From Tubulanus polymorphus (Eukaryota > Animalia > Nemertea), in assembly GCF_964204645.1 (NCBI RefSeq), contig NC_134025.1, positions 19,939,101-20,003,100 of the forward strand: a DNA stretch of 64,000 bases. The letters are read 5' to 3'. The translations under genes and the position numbers were made by a program. The notes under the pieces were generated by a model. That model saw only the letters and a program-made list of their open reading frames with translations, had not been told where the DNA came from and searched no databases. This document shows, in pieces, positions 35,097 to 50,458 of this stretch (the stretch's first letter is position 1; the number at the start of each line of letters is the position of its first letter).

Positions 35097-36109
35097 CTGA
35101 AAATAGTTGTTTGGGCTCCTATAACGCCTCTTTTATTATAAGTTGAATTACGGATTTGATGGACTTGAACTAATTGGGGAGATGGAAAAACTGAAGAAAA
35201 AAAGTTCTAACATTAAATTCATAACTAATTAAATGATCGTAAAGGGGAATTTTCCAAGAAAATAGATACGAAATTCCTTTATTTAGGGGGTCGTTTGGAT
35301 AATGATACCCGAATATTGTCTATTTATTGCATACACACATAACTAACGCCGCAATTTTTGCAGATCACGCTATTGAACGAACCCAACAAATATATCTTTT
35401 AGAACACCATTGTCCACTACGATTTTTTGGGTGTGTCATGTCAAGATGATGTGGCAATGGACAAAATAACAAATGTGTTCTTTTTCTATTTCCATATCTA
35501 TGTTTAAAAATGTGGGGGTACCGGAAAGAAAATAAAAATAATTCGAAAATAGAAATCGAGAAAGTTCGTCGGCAGATCCGTAATCCAACTTATAACAAAA
35601 ATGCCCCTTGGACATTAGTGAGAAGTAATGCATGTACTCCCTTACTTAATAAGATACATTTCAAGAATCAGCCATTCCATTCACAATTGGTATTTTGCAA
35701 ACACACGTTATTGGAAACCTTCAATGTTGTTATATTTCAATTTCAATTGAAATCGATGCAACTTTTCTACAAAGCGAATCAATTATCAACGAAAAATATA
35801 TCAAACGCCGAGTTAAATATCAATCCAAGATTTTTGGCGGGTCGTGTGAAAATATATGAAAACCCAGTTCGAAGCGTATTCGTTCTTTTATTTTTTGACA
35901 CGGAGTACGCATCGCACCATCTAGCGGGATAGCTGGTAGTTCCCGTTGGAGAGGGCACCATGGATATGACTGAGATTCTTATTGGTTTGTCATACAGTGA
36001 AATAACGCAAAACACATCTTGAGTGTTTAATTTCAGCTTTTGAGAAGAGAAAGAAATTGATGAGTCTGATAGGAAATATGGTGTTGCATCGAAAATGAAT
36101 TATATGAGC

Positions 36110-36747
36110 TAAAACGAGCGCAGAAACGAACTTCGTTTCTGCGCCCGTTTTGGCGCGTTTTAGCGCGGTGATTTCTCGTTTTTGCGCTGCGCAAAAACGA
36201 ACTTCGTTTCTGCGTCCGTTTCATCTTAAAACGTAGCCTATTTTAGAGCCCACGTTAACGTCAATTTATTACAAATATTTCATTTGAATTTGTTTACTTA
36301 AGTGAAGGAAGTGCTAATGGCTTTCGTAAAACATCAGAAAATCACCGATAAAGGAAGTTTTATTGCGTATAAACGTAACTCTGAAAATTAAATTAATTAG
36401 AAAATAATTGGTATAATAATTCAACGTTTTAAGGCCGTAATTAGTATCACGAGATGAACCCTGGCGCCACCATCCGACCAAAATTTCCGCGCATGAACGA
36501 AGAAACGAATTTCGTTTTTGCGCGGCGCAAAAACGGACGCAGAAACGGAGTTCGTTTTTGCGCGGCGCAAAAACGAGAAATCACCGCGCTAAAACGCGCC
36601 AAAACGGGCGCTAAAACGAACTTCGTTTCTGCGCTCGTTTTGGCGCGTTTCTGGGCGGAAAATTTCCTTTTTGCGCGAAGCAATATATTTTTTGCATGGT
36701 ATATTGCACGGAATTTTTTTTTTACTTGGCCCTAATCAGCCACCATA
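36110..36747. mobile_element. Truncated IS3EU-like element with internal foldback repeats, present only in copy B
   Basis: Right end GGCCCTAATCAGCCACCATA resembles the 29528 TIR family. 36110-36222 is an inverted copy of ~36531-36650 (AAACGAACTTCGTTT units). It takes the place of ~27596-28278 of copy A. Confidence 0.65.
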
Positions 36748-37389
36748 CAAACAGCTCCTGTCAATGCAATTTTTTTGTGGTCAATAAAATTTCTAATCTA
36801 ATCTAATATGAAAGTGATATTTTCACCTACTTTTTTTATCGAAGGCTAACGTCACAATTTCATCGATAGAACGCCAATCAATTGCATACACTTTTACAAA
36901 ATCTATTTAGTTCAATGAATGATACTTATAGAAATATCTATACGAAAACGTGTTTGTTCAATTTACGAATGAATTACTTATATTTATGCAATATACATGC
37001 GTATTCTTTATATGCGTATATTTTCAACAAAGTAAATGCTTCTTGGTTCAGTTTCATGAAAACGGTTTAGTTTGAATTGTTGTCCTCATTAAAAAAATTG
37101 AGTAACCGATACAGCAGCTAAGCCAAAAAACTGAGTTTGACATTAAACTATCGCAGGCCGGGCAATCTTCCAGAAAATATGAAAAACTGCCCTGAATGAT
37201 CTAGGAAATGCTTCTTATTTATCATGCGCACGGCTTTTCTCTGTAGGAGATACAGATTATTCAGTCTTGTGGAGTAGTTGTTAGCCCAGACAATGTAACA
37301 GTATTGTATGTGAGGCGATGCTAATGATTGATATATTGTTTTTAGGGTGAGGGTAAGTATAGTTTATGTTTTGATTTGCTAAGTATTAA

Positions 37390-38730
37390 TCGAAATTTGA
37401 TTTCAACATGATGTACATGGTGTTCGAATATAATTCTGTCGGGAGCCTGGGAATCTAGCAGTTTTCAGCTTCTTTATTTCTTCATAATCAATAGATAGTT
37501 TTACAGTCCTAGTTATTTTCATACTTCCTGAGAATATCAACGATTGGTGTTATCAATATTTAAGTATAGTTTATTAGCGCAGAGCCACGTACTTATTAAT
37601 TTCAATTCAGTCTCGAGATTTTAAGGACATCTAGTGCGAATTAGAATAGTGACATCTGCGAAAACGATCGAATCTAAATTTCTTGAAGCGTCTGTGACAA
37701 TAAAAATAGAAATAAATTCATTCCTAGAACCTGAACCTTGTGGTATTCCTTTAGTAATGGTTTTAAAATGCTAGCCTTTAGTTTTATGCTAGTCAATTGG
37801 TATCGATCTGTTAGATAACTCTTAAACCATGTATTTGAAATGCCTCTTATGCCATAATGATTCATTTTGTACAGTAAAATCGAATGATCTAATGTATAAA
37901 AACCCTTTTAAAATCTAGTACAATTAGGGCTTTAATTTCACCACTTTCAAGGTTTTTAGTAATTTTGTCTAATAATGTTATCAGTGCAGTCTGTTGATTT
38001 TTTTCCAAACCGTTTGTCAGATAGAGTCGAGTGTTTATTACAAAAGTTCGATAGTCGACTATACATGTGTTTTTCTAGAATGTTTGAAATAGAGGAGAGA
38101 ATGAGGATAGGACTTATCTCTTATAGCTCTTAACTTTGCACGTGAAACCAGATTTAAAGATAGGTACAGCTCTGGCCGTTTTGTATGGTGGCTGATTCGG
38201 GCCATAACGTAAAATTCCTGGTATGCAAATGAGGGCGCCAGACACGGATTTCTAGAGAAAATCAATCACCATAGTTTTGAGTTTATTAGGAACAAAACCG
38301 GATTGGAACGACCTGTTGAAAATGTGGCATAATGGAGTCACGATTTCTGGTAATGACGTATTTGATGATTTTCATGGTTAGACCATCATAGTACCAGCTG
38401 TGTTGGAGGGGCTCGCAATGAATCTATAATTTCAGCTTCGACTATTGGAAATAGAAAAGGTTTGAGAGGTTTTGATTGGGAAAGAATTGTCGAAAATCTT
38501 CGAATTGTCTTTTAATTAATCTCGTTTATGATTTTCCAAGTGTTTATTATGTTATTCTTCTGGTTTAAAAGATTTTTTATAGTAGTAATGTTTCTCAGCT
38601 GTTTTAAGCATACTATGAGGTTTGTTTTTGTAATTTAGGTATTTATTCTTATCCCTATTGGAATTCCTTTTTTAAGTATATCTTTATAGAAGTATGTTTT
38701 TTTAAATGTAATGGCAGAACTATTTTTCTA
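37390..38730 (-). mobile_element. Decayed CR1/L2-type LINE RT relic (copy B)
   Basis: ORF 37674..37865 MNHYGIRGISNTWFKSYLTDRYQ is a typical CR1-type RT segment; degraded. Confidence 0.7.
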
Positions 38731-39422
38731 TCATACAAGGTTCCAGGTAGTGGGACCGTCTCAAAAAAATTCAAACCTCGGAACAAAGTTTAGATTGCCA
38801 ATATTGCTTGAATTTAATTCCCAACTGATGACTTACGTTGCCTGAAACCGAATACGTCTCCGAACGCTACGTTGTTTGAATCGGACTTTAACCTGTCATA
38901 TTTGAATTTTAAGTGTAGATGATAATGATTGTAGCTCCCTAAAAAACATTCTAAAAGACTAAAATATTTTGATGGAAGACTAGATACGTATCTAATGCAC
39001 GATGTGCCTACTACAGCGTTATGCGCGACTTTTGCCAGTTTTACAGTTTGTCTTTAATTTCATTACTATGGCTTTTAAGCTATTTAACGCTTGGCTAGAC
39101 TGATATGCGTACGTTTCCTGCTCTGCAATTTCGTTCACCGTTTAACTAATAGCCGTCCGAAAATTGCATTCATATATATTTTAAACGATTCACCATACGC
39201 TGGCGATCTATTCTGTTATAATGTGAAAAATCGTTATTTCAAAAATTTGGCAAACGAATGGGTAAACGAATGACGTCCTTTCAAAATCAGCAAATCAATG
39301 CTCAAACGTTAAACATAATGCCCGAGTATCGAGTACATACGTCTTTCCAGGTATTATTTGTTAAATTGCATCTATTAGCTCTGCTAACAAGACTATAGTA
39401 TATTCCAGTTCGCACCATATCG

Positions 39423-40469
39423 ATGTTTAATCTACCGGTACGTGATTCATCAAATCGCCGTTATACATTTTCCTTAGCGAAAAAAACCACGAACACAACG
39501 ATGAATTCATCCCAGTGCCCGATAGACGAAATACAAGTATTCAAACACTACGTGATAGTATATGGCGTCGGTGCAATCTGCGTCTTGGGTATATGTTTGA
39601 ACATATTCGGGATTTTCGTTTTTCGAAAAATGACGGAGAGTGGACAGGCTATCTATCTCCTCACACTACTATCAATAGCCGACACAGTTTATCTTCTAAA
39701 CATTTTCCTCGATAGTCCGGTTCGACGTCTCATTTACCAAATAATCCACGGGGACAAATTATTTCGTAGGAAAGACTACGGTGTATTTCCGATCTGGAAC
39801 TGGTTCCGCATTGCTGCTTACAAGTCGACTGTTACAATTCGCAATTGGGTTGTCCTTCTGTCGGCAGTTGTTCGATGTTTACACGTTTTGTTTCCGCTAT
39901 GGTCACGTCGAAACATTGATCGGAAATTTGTGAATTTATGTACGGCGATAATAGCGATCGTGTCGGCGGTAATATATATACCTCGTTATTTCGGCGGTCG
40001 CGTTGTTCCGTTTAAGTGTCTGGGATCTTCAATGTCGAGTCCAACTTATCCAAAATTTGTGAAAGGAAAAGCAATGGATTTGAGCTCAACCTGGATTTAT
40101 TTGATAGTAACAGTAAATGCACCTATGACTATTCTCATGCTCGCAAACACGATTTTGCTGTGGTCCGTCAGTCGTTCGGTGAAAAATAGGAAATCCATGA
40201 CGTCATCTAATACCGAAATAAATGTTAACACAAGAGCCACTCAACTTGTGATCATAGCTACTCTTATTTATATAGTTTGCGAGTCGCCAACAATCATTTC
40301 AAGAATATTTAATCATTTCGTTAAATACGAATCCACTATTACGATGAGGAAAATGTTTGTCCTCTTAGACAACCTGACTCCGATCGACTCAGCTATCAAT
40401 TTTGTTATCTATATTATTGCCAGTAAAATATTCAGAAAAACCGCGTATAAAATACTGTTTGCCAAATAA
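39423..40469 (+). CDS. Intronless class-A GPCR, FMRFamide/peptide-receptor-like, copy B
   Basis: 348 aa; differs from copy A at 5 residues (N/T, I/V, I/T, Y/H, I/V). Confidence 0.9.
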   Translation: MFNLPVRDSSNRRYTFSLAKKTTNTTMNSSQCPIDEIQVFKHYVIVYGVGAICVLGICLNIFGIFVFRKMTESGQAIYLLTLLSIADTVYLLNIFLDSPVRRLIYQIIHGDKLFRRKDYGVFPIWNWFRIAAYKSTVTIRNWVVLLSAVVRCLHVLFPLWSRRNIDRKFVNLCTAIIAIVSAVIYIPRYFGGRVVPFKCLGSSMSSPTYPKFVKGKAMDLSSTWIYLIVTVNAPMTILMLANTILLWSVSRSVKNRKSMTSSNTEINVNTRATQLVIIATLIYIVCESPTIISRIFNHFVKYESTITMRKMFVLLDNLTPIDSAINFVIYIIASKIFRKTAYKILFAK

Positions 40470-40743
40470 CAAATACATTCTTTTATTTGCAAATACTGTT
40501 TCATTCGACCGCCGATCACATAACTATACTTCGATTTCCGATTTAAAAATCAGGTGGTTCAAAATCCGGCAGGTGTGATGGGTCTGTAAAGGGCTCGAAA
40601 TCAAAACAAGTCTTATCTATTCTACGAAATGACTAAATGAGAGGGACAATCCCTCAGATGTAAAAACGCCACCAGCCACAACGAATTATTATATTGAACA
40701 TAACGATATTATACTTTTTGGTTATGACGCAATGACCGAAAAA

Positions 40744-43700
40744 TTATCCATAAAACTCAATCAAAGGATAATTATGTTGCCGTGTAGTTTTTTCTTCTTT
40801 ATCATGTTTTGGTCCCCAACTGTGATGCGGTTTACAAGTGCTTCGAAGTCTCTACAAAATATGAAATTGAAATACTTTGGTTGATAGAATACTAGTATGA
40901 CGGAATACTACTTAATCGTTTCATAATTCCTATGTAACCTTTTAAGTTTGATGCTCGTTTTGACAGGAAATGTCGGTGTATCAATACGCCGATCATTATT
41001 CCGATGAAACAACAGTTTGAAGCATCTGATTTTCCGTAAAGCATGTGGACAGTAACATGCAGTTTCACAAATATCTTTACAGCGCTTGTTAACAATATTT
41101 TCTAAATGAAACAGGCGCTATACCAATTCACAGATTATTATTGTATTATCTTTATTAATCTTTTCAAGGCTTCTGGCTAATTTTTGAAATTACCTTTACA
41201 AAATTGCCTTTACTGAATACGAGATAACCAATGAATATACACAGAATAGGAAGGCAAGACACGACAGTAAACGACCATCCAAATCCTATTGCCCATGCTG
41301 GATATGTATAGTCTCCATACGTTGGCGTTAGTGCTGTTGCGTAGCCGTAAAATAAAAACATCTAAAGAAAATATATATCAAGAGATAAAAAGACTTGCTT
41401 TCTTTTCAAGTGACTGTTGTTCAATCGAAGAAAAAAAAACAACAACTGTTCCCGTTTTGAAAATGGCTCGAATAGCATTTAATCGAAACGTAAAAATCCT
41501 GAATTATAGGTTTTGATTTGAGCGAAATTGATGGCTTTCAACTGCAAATGAATCATTTTGTTGTTCGCCGCACATTGAGATAAATCAGTCAAGGAAAATC
41601 TTCATGAGGCGTTATGGGTGAATCATTCGGTTGAAATTCTGCTAGCGTATATAGTGTGTGCGTATATATGGCTTTGGATAGAATACATGGATTCTCTTAC
41701 CAGTAAAAGAGTAGGTATCGCAAAGCACCAACATATTTTCCATAAAATATTGGGCTTCTTTCCTAACATCATTTCAATATCCCTAGAAAATCTGTTCACG
41801 CCTTCGAAATGTAGAAGAATACGTATTAGTTATCAATTGAAGTTGATTTGATATGCACAAATGAACATACAGATGTAATGAACATCATGATCGTATCGTC
41901 TGTAGTTTTCTCATTATTACCGTAAATAAAGCAAATGATGATGCACTGAAGTATCGCTATCACGAGGACAGTATACGCGCAGCCGTACCAATCGACGATC
42001 TGGAACCAATAGATACCAGCCTAAAAGAAAAAGAACCATACCTCTGATGCAATAGACCAAAATTGAAAAAGAAATTGTAAATTCTAGTGAAACATATAGG
42101 GAAACTCGTTGAATTGTAGTTTGTAAATCCATTCAATTGATGAATTGAATTAAAAAATAATGTGGTGTCGTACCCTCGAAACAAATATCAGTCCCGTTAT
42201 ACAGCATATTATAACGGTAACTATCAGAACAATTAACCTTCTACTTCTGAGAGTCTCCGGGAACTTGTCAACAATCCCGCTAACAACTGTTTCAACGCAG
42301 ATAAACTGGGAAAAGAAGAACGTTTTACTAATATCGATACTTTGAATCGTCAAAAGCATTTTAAAGCATTATCAATGGCAACATGTCAATATTTCCTTAC
42401 TTGAGAGTCGAGACCAACTGTTAACAACATGATGAAGAATAGCACAGACCATATCGCAGCTCCTGGAATCTTTGATAGAGCTTCCGGGTAGGCCACGAAT
42501 GCAAGTCCAGGCCCTTGATTTGTGAATCATTGAAATGAAATAATGAAATGATATCAATGAAATAATATTTATGGATGCATTTAAAATGAAATGAAATAGG
42601 GTTTTTTGTTTTGTATCTATTATTTTATATGTAACGGCAGTAAACGCTTCATCATACCTGAAGTTACAGCTTCGCTCACCGGTACATTTCCTTCATGAGC
42701 GATGTGACCAATGATAGAAAAGATAACAAATCCGGCAAAAAAGCTAGAACAGCAGCAGACAACGGGATAAACAATGGCGTCCCTGGGAAAACGTCACAGA
42801 GAAATTATCTATCATCAATTAGAGAATTAAATGGATTTTGGTCTAAATCAAAATGAAAGTTCTAGTGTATTTAGAATTTACTACATTATGACACGCATAC
42901 CTGTACAAATTGTGAGAAAACTTGTTGTAACTCGCCATGGTTATCAATCCTCCCCAACCTGGACCTAAAGAATAGAAAATCTGCAAACATGCTTCACACC
43001 ATATCTAAAAAAGAATGGCGTATGTAAGGATTGGAACATACTAATCGTTTATGGTATGGGCAAGAGTAATCGCTTTTTGAAATGCGTCCTACAGGCCTCA
43101 TTTACCATATTATTTCATTATTTACCTTAAAAGACAATAGTTTCTGCCAGTCTGGCGAAATGTAAAACAGAATGCCGTCCCGTGCACCGGGCAGAGTCAA
43201 TCCTCTAATGAGAATTACTACTAAGAATACGTACGGAACAGTAGCAGTCACATACACAACCTGAAATAATTTTTAGGATGTAGTTTTTCAGATAAAACAT
43301 AAATCATGATGCCTGATCCCCTGTGCCAAAATGAAACTAATATATACCTTTCCAGAAGACTTAAACCCTTTAATGACACAAAGGAAGATAATCGTCCAAG
43401 CTGCCAAAAGGCAAAGCACCAGTTGCCATCGCAATCCTCCTATATCACTGATGCCAGTTGTCATATTTAAAACGTGAAACCTGAAAATAGTTGTTTGGGC
43501 TCCTATAACGCCTCTTTTATTATAAGTTGAATTACGGATTTGATGGACTTGAACTAATTGGGGAGATGGAAAAACTGAAAAAAAATTGCAAGATCAAATT
43601 CATAACTAATTAAGTGATCGTAAAGGGGAATTTTTGAAGAAAATAGATACGAAATTCCTTCATTTAGGGGGTCGTTTGGATAATGATACCCGAATATTGT

Positions 43701-44939
43701 CTATTTACTGCATACACACATAGCTAACGCCGCCATTTTTGCAGATCACACTATTGAACGAACCCAACAAATACATCCATTAGAACACCATTGTCCACTA
43801 CGATTTTTTGGGTGTGTCATGTCAAGATGATGTGGCAATGGAAAAAATTACGAATGTTTTTTTCTACATTTCTGTATTTCCATATTTATGTTTAAAAATG
43901 TGGGGGGGGGGGCGGAAAGAAAATGAAAAAAATTCGACAATAGAAATCGAGAAAGTTCGTCGGCAGATCCGTAATCCAACTTATAACAAAAATGCCCCTT
44001 GCACATTAGTGAGAAGTAATGAATGTACTCCCTTACTTAATAAGACACATTTCAAGAATCAACACGTTACTCTGCCTTATTTAATCGAGATTGCTTACGA
44101 TAAGCTTACTCGCTATACTTACTGCCAGAATTCCTCACCGGCCGAATAGGTTCTAGAATTAGAAACGTTTGCTTTATCCCCGGTGGTGTTTAAGTAATAC
44201 TCTCTTGTGATGTTAAACCCCGTGGAGTTATTTGTAAAAACCGTCCCGTTCCAGGCCGCTGAAACACCGGGCAGTCGACAATGTTCGGTATTCCATTCGT
44301 TGTCACATTTGGACCACAGCGGCTCCCAACTTTTGAACGCGGATACCAAATAGTATATTACCCAGGCAATGATCGTATTGTAGTATATAACCATTATGGA
44401 ATTGACAATCAGAATACTCCAACCAATACCTTGAATGAAAAACTATGCAGTTGATTTACGAAATTGCTTCAAATTTTGAGTACACCAATCAATTGGTGTC
44501 AGTTCTACCGAAGTGCCAAATGAAAACGATCTTACCTGACAACAAGCGGCATATCTTGAAAACAGTGGCTGCACTTTCGCTTGAGAATTGTCCCAATGAG
44601 AACTCCATCATAGAAAGCGGAATTCCAGCAATGACCATGAATATGAAATACGGAATGAGAAATGCACCTAAAATGAGAATTATGTATTTGCAATTTGGAT
44701 TGATAAAAAGAACGCACTGGACTAGGTTATTCAAAAGATGAAACCCTCAATTCTACACAGAATATATACTCACCTCCTCCGTTTCTCATACATAGATATG
44801 GAAATCGCCAAATATTTCCCAGTCCAACTGCGTATCCAATACAAGATAATATGAACTCTATGTCTTTGTCCCAATATCCCCTCTTCGTCGTTTCTTTTTG
44901 GTCATCTTTCGACTTGGTGACTCTGGATTCTGGCATCAT
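40744..44939 (-). CDS. SLC6 Na+/Cl--dependent amino-acid transporter (GlyT/ATB0,+-like), 13 exons, ~607 aa
   Basis: Exons 44774-44939, 44536-44667, 44123-44429, 43348-43480, 43126-43260, 42901-43004, 42658-42782, 42401-42513, 42174-42305, 41921-42020, 41701-41801, 41194-41361, 40744-40851 sum to 1824 nt. Motifs [61 protein letters not shown]. Confidence 0.92.
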
Positions 44940-45099
44940 ATTTCAGCAAATGAATCCAATCATCTGCGGATATAAACGATTCTATTTGAAATCACTGGTA
45001 ATTCAATTTCTATAGCACCTTTCCACTGTGACACTAAGTCTACCAGCGATTTCCATTAAATTGTATTATTAACCCCTGCCTATATCTCTAACCGTTCAG

Positions 45100-45260
45100 C
45101 AGTCATCTCTCCATGGGGAGAAGTTACATCCGAGCAGCTGCTAGGCGTCATTTAGCAGACCAGGTACCCATTTAGTTCTGGTTGAATTTAAGCTATACGT
45201 CGCCCACAACGCTCGTTCAAAGACGTACAATTGCGACTACTGAGATTAGATTTGACATCC
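45100..45260 (-). mobile_element. SINE-like fragment
   Basis: CCAGGTACCCATTTA (~45160-45174) resembles the conserved core of metazoan SINEs (reverse of TAAATGGGTACCTGG). Confidence 0.35.
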
Positions 45261-47885
45261 CCTCAAAAGAAAATAATTTCCTCAAGCAAAATATAGGATA
45301 GTATTTGATACAAATTTCACTTGATGAAAATACAAACATGAAGAACATGAAGTCCTTTATAAACAGAGAGGCTTTATTGAGAGACTTCTTTCAATTCTTC
45401 AATTAGTATCGGCATGTAACGAGAAATATATCCACAATTTAGAAACGAACTCGGTGTTTGTATTGTCAAAGTGTATATTTGTGAGCAAGCGTTATGTCTA
45501 TAAGTAAAGTATAGTTAAATCTTTGAAAAATCAAAAACATTGAAATCTCAGTTTTGTGAAAGAAAAACCTTTTTTCAGCAGTTAAATTCATAAAAAAGCG
45601 TTATCTATGAGACAGCAATTGCAGAATGATGTAAGTATAATCTATCAGCTCAGCATCTGTGTTGCGACATAATCGATATGTTAACTCACAAACGTCAGTA
45701 TTCCTAAGCCCGTCGCAACTGTTGACTTCACGGCCAAAAGTATTTTACACGTTTTATTCAGTTACAATTCGTGAAAAGCTGCATAATTATTCGTACATTA
45801 GCATTCTATCTTATAAAAATACCATTCATAAATATATAACCTGACTGAAAAACCTCAAGATTGTATTCAAATCGGGTATTATGCGCGCTATTAAATTTAG
45901 AATATTCTTTAAATCGTGTGTAACAGCGCATTCAAACAATTTGACAGAATACTATAAAATATCACCTTTGTCAGAGAGTTGACTCTCACGTCATGGAAAA
46001 TTACCGGCTCGCGGTTGTATCATGTTTTACTCGATCAATGTTGAAAATAAGTGCGTTTATATGAATCTAATCAGGGCGAATTTTCCTTTAAAAGTATAGT
46101 TTTTTAAATAAATAGTACATGCATTCGTCAATGAATGGTTGGTCCACATACGATCATGGAAATTATTCAGTATTCATGAAATGATTCAATACAATGTATT
46201 AAGTTTAGGTTATCCGAGAAATATACTTACGAGGTTACAACCCAGGTTTTATTTTTTGAAATTTGGGAACTCTGACCTACATTTTTAACATGGGTCACAT
46301 ATGTCCCTATGAGAAAGTATGTGTGTCAAAGTCATAAATATTGTAAAAAAGTAGTGTTGCCAAATTTCAAAATATGACAAAATAAGCATTTTCAGTATCT
46401 TAACAGTCCTCATAATACCAATTAGGCATTGTAAAGTTCAATTATAACGGTACTCATGACGACGGAAACGTGTCTATGTAAAACAAAGTCCATCCTCGTA
46501 CTCATGTCACATGTTTTGTCAGTTTCATCTATTCTATACAAAGCACAGCATTCATGTTCGTGTTACTGCATTGGCTAGTAGGCATATTTATCAGATTGCA
46601 CATCTTTTTTGTATGTGGACATCGCGATGAAGGTGGACATTGTCCGGTCACATTCTGTAAACATGTAAAAGAAAGAAAAATTAGGTCAATATTATATATC
46701 TCTGATCCAGTAATGCCTAAACAGTAAATATATATACAGTAGGCCATAGTTTTTCCCTCTAAATAATATTTTGAATACTAATAAAGAAATTTTGCATGAG
46801 ACATAAAGAACCATAGGGACGTATGTGATCCACGCTGAATAACACACCGGTCTAGAACCATCCTCATCATTTATCAGAGTAAAAACAGGCCTACGTGTAC
46901 TACCTGTACTATAGATAATATCTAACAACAATATACGGTCACCACTTACCTGGTTTAATATCTGTGGCTGGATCACTACACACATATCCATGCACTCTTC
47001 ATTTCCATGGGGGTATCATAGTATCCAAATATGTGTCTGTCCCTATGAGCTTTCTGAGTGACTTTTTAAATTTTTTCATTGCACTGAATATTTTCAGGGG
47101 GCTTTTCAAAGTGGCTGGGACAAATATGACCCCATGGGTTTTCTCTTAAGTAAGAATCGAAGTCATATATATATGAAAATGAAACTATAGTGTGAATAGT
47201 ATATTTTGTTATCATGATATTTACAATGAAATGATACTATGTCTAGCGAATCGCGAAGCATGAAACAAACACGAAAAAGCACTGTTCTTCTGACGCACTT
47301 CTATGACTTGTTTTGTAAGGTTGTGTATTGCTACGAAACAAGAAAAAAAAAACAATGCTTCATCTAGAAAACCAAGGATAATGTTTTATGATCCCATTCA
47401 ACAAAAATACCATACTGACAAATCAGCTATCACTGGATAACTTTAAACTCATGGGGCCGGTTTCATAGACATGGCAGTTAGATTGAATATCTAGTATAGC
47501 TTAAATTCCCCAAATTTTGATGGCCAGGTCTCGATTAGTTGGATGAATCTTTGTAGTTTGTCCATCCTGATTTCAGAGGTTTGGGCATATACATCTAGAA
47601 ATGTTTGCAATGCTGATTTCTACGTGTCTGTGATCGATTTTTTCACGATTTTTTGCCAAGGATTCATCTCAAGCCTAACAGGCTATACTCAAACAGAATA
47701 TTTAGTATTCTTTCGTTTCTTTGGAATATGAACAATATCAATTTGTTTTTTCGATATCACATATCGTCTACAATATCAGACAGCAAATAGAAGTAATCAC
47801 ACCAAAATTGTCATCTTAAGAGAAATCTTGATACGTAAACAGCTCTCATTCCGCTAACAAAATTGCATATAAACTTTGCTTCCAG

Positions 47886-48128
47886 AGATGCCATCGTCAT
47901 TCCTGTAGTTAACTGTTGCACCAGCTTCTTTGTCGAAATGTGCCGGTAAGTGAAGCCATTACATCAGGTGTTTCGTCTAGGAAAAAACTTTGAATCGGAA
48001 TAATAATTTTCCGTCAACTTTATTTAAGGACCTTGCATTCGTGGCCTACCAGGAAGCCCTGTCCAAAATACCAGGAACAGCGATTTGGTCTGCGCTTTTC
48101 TGATGTTAACAATCGTCTCGATAGTCAG
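47886..48128 (+). pseudogene. SLC6 pseudogene fragment (degenerate exons 7-8)
   Basis: GATGCCATCGTCATTCCTGTAGTTAACTGTTGCACCAGCTTCTTT ([15 protein letters not shown]) followed by an internal deletion, then [23 protein letters not shown]...LDSQ|GTAAG; homologous to 56232-56580. Confidence 0.85.
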
Positions 48129-48988
48129 GTAAGGAAGAGATTTTGCATATCATTCATGCATAAAACCACAATATACAATCTCGATATGAATGTGTAAAAA
48201 TTGTTTCACTAGGCTATCGTATGGTTTTTCGAAATACGTGTATCCTGTAAAGATTATGTGGTTTTCAAAATGTGTAGCCTATCCTGAAAAAATCTTCGTT
48301 TCCAAACACGTTTCACGAAAGAACCTTTATCACACATATACGACACCAAATTCCAACTCCAAATACCGCAAATTAAGGCAAAAATCGGTTTTCTATTTTT
48401 ATGACTACAAATACTGAAAAGTAGCGGTGACGGATGTATATAATATTATTGTAGAAATCTGAAATTTGCGGTAACTATGGAAATGCTCGAAAGTACACCG
48501 ATAGATAATGATGTTCCTTTGTATATACCTCTCGTCGAGGTGATGAGTGTAAATTAATTTCATTCATTTCAATTAAACACGTAACTGGAAGTTAACAATA
48601 AAAAGAAAAAAGAAATTAATTTCAAAATTTCATTTCATTGCTCTAACTGCACTACAAGCACGCTTCAGACGTGTCTTACAGTCGTTGTATTGCCCAATTA
48701 CAAATAGTTTTTTAAACGATATCTCGAGAAATTTATTTTTCTATTCCCACCGAATGGGATCCCGATGTTTAGAACGCATTAACCTCAATGAAAACTGTGT
48801 TACATTAAAATCATATCACTTAGAATAAAGATTAGGTCTTGATATGGTATATATGATGTATCGATACATTGATAGTTCAAATAGATCGGCTAAGATGGAA
48901 GGTAGAAGGTTGTGTAAATGACAATATACAATATGAAAATTTGACAATATGAAGTTTCAGTATATGTATATGTTTCAGTATATGTTTC

Positions 48989-50458
<1,470 letters not shown>

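Larger units (their letters stand above)
27160..44061. repeat. Tandem segmental duplication: copy A 27160..35670, copy B 35671..44061
   Basis: Both copies start GCCATTCCATTCACAATTGG and end ACATTTCAAGAATCA. LINE relic, GPCR and SLC6 exons 4-13 are colinear in both; the junction is at 35670/35671. Confidence 0.92.

Noticed and set aside
46220-47150. Possible piggyBac-like element with CATGGGTCA(C/T)AT(A/T)TGTCCC inverted motifs
   Set aside because: Only short inverted motifs; I could not define termini, a TSD or a transposase remnant.
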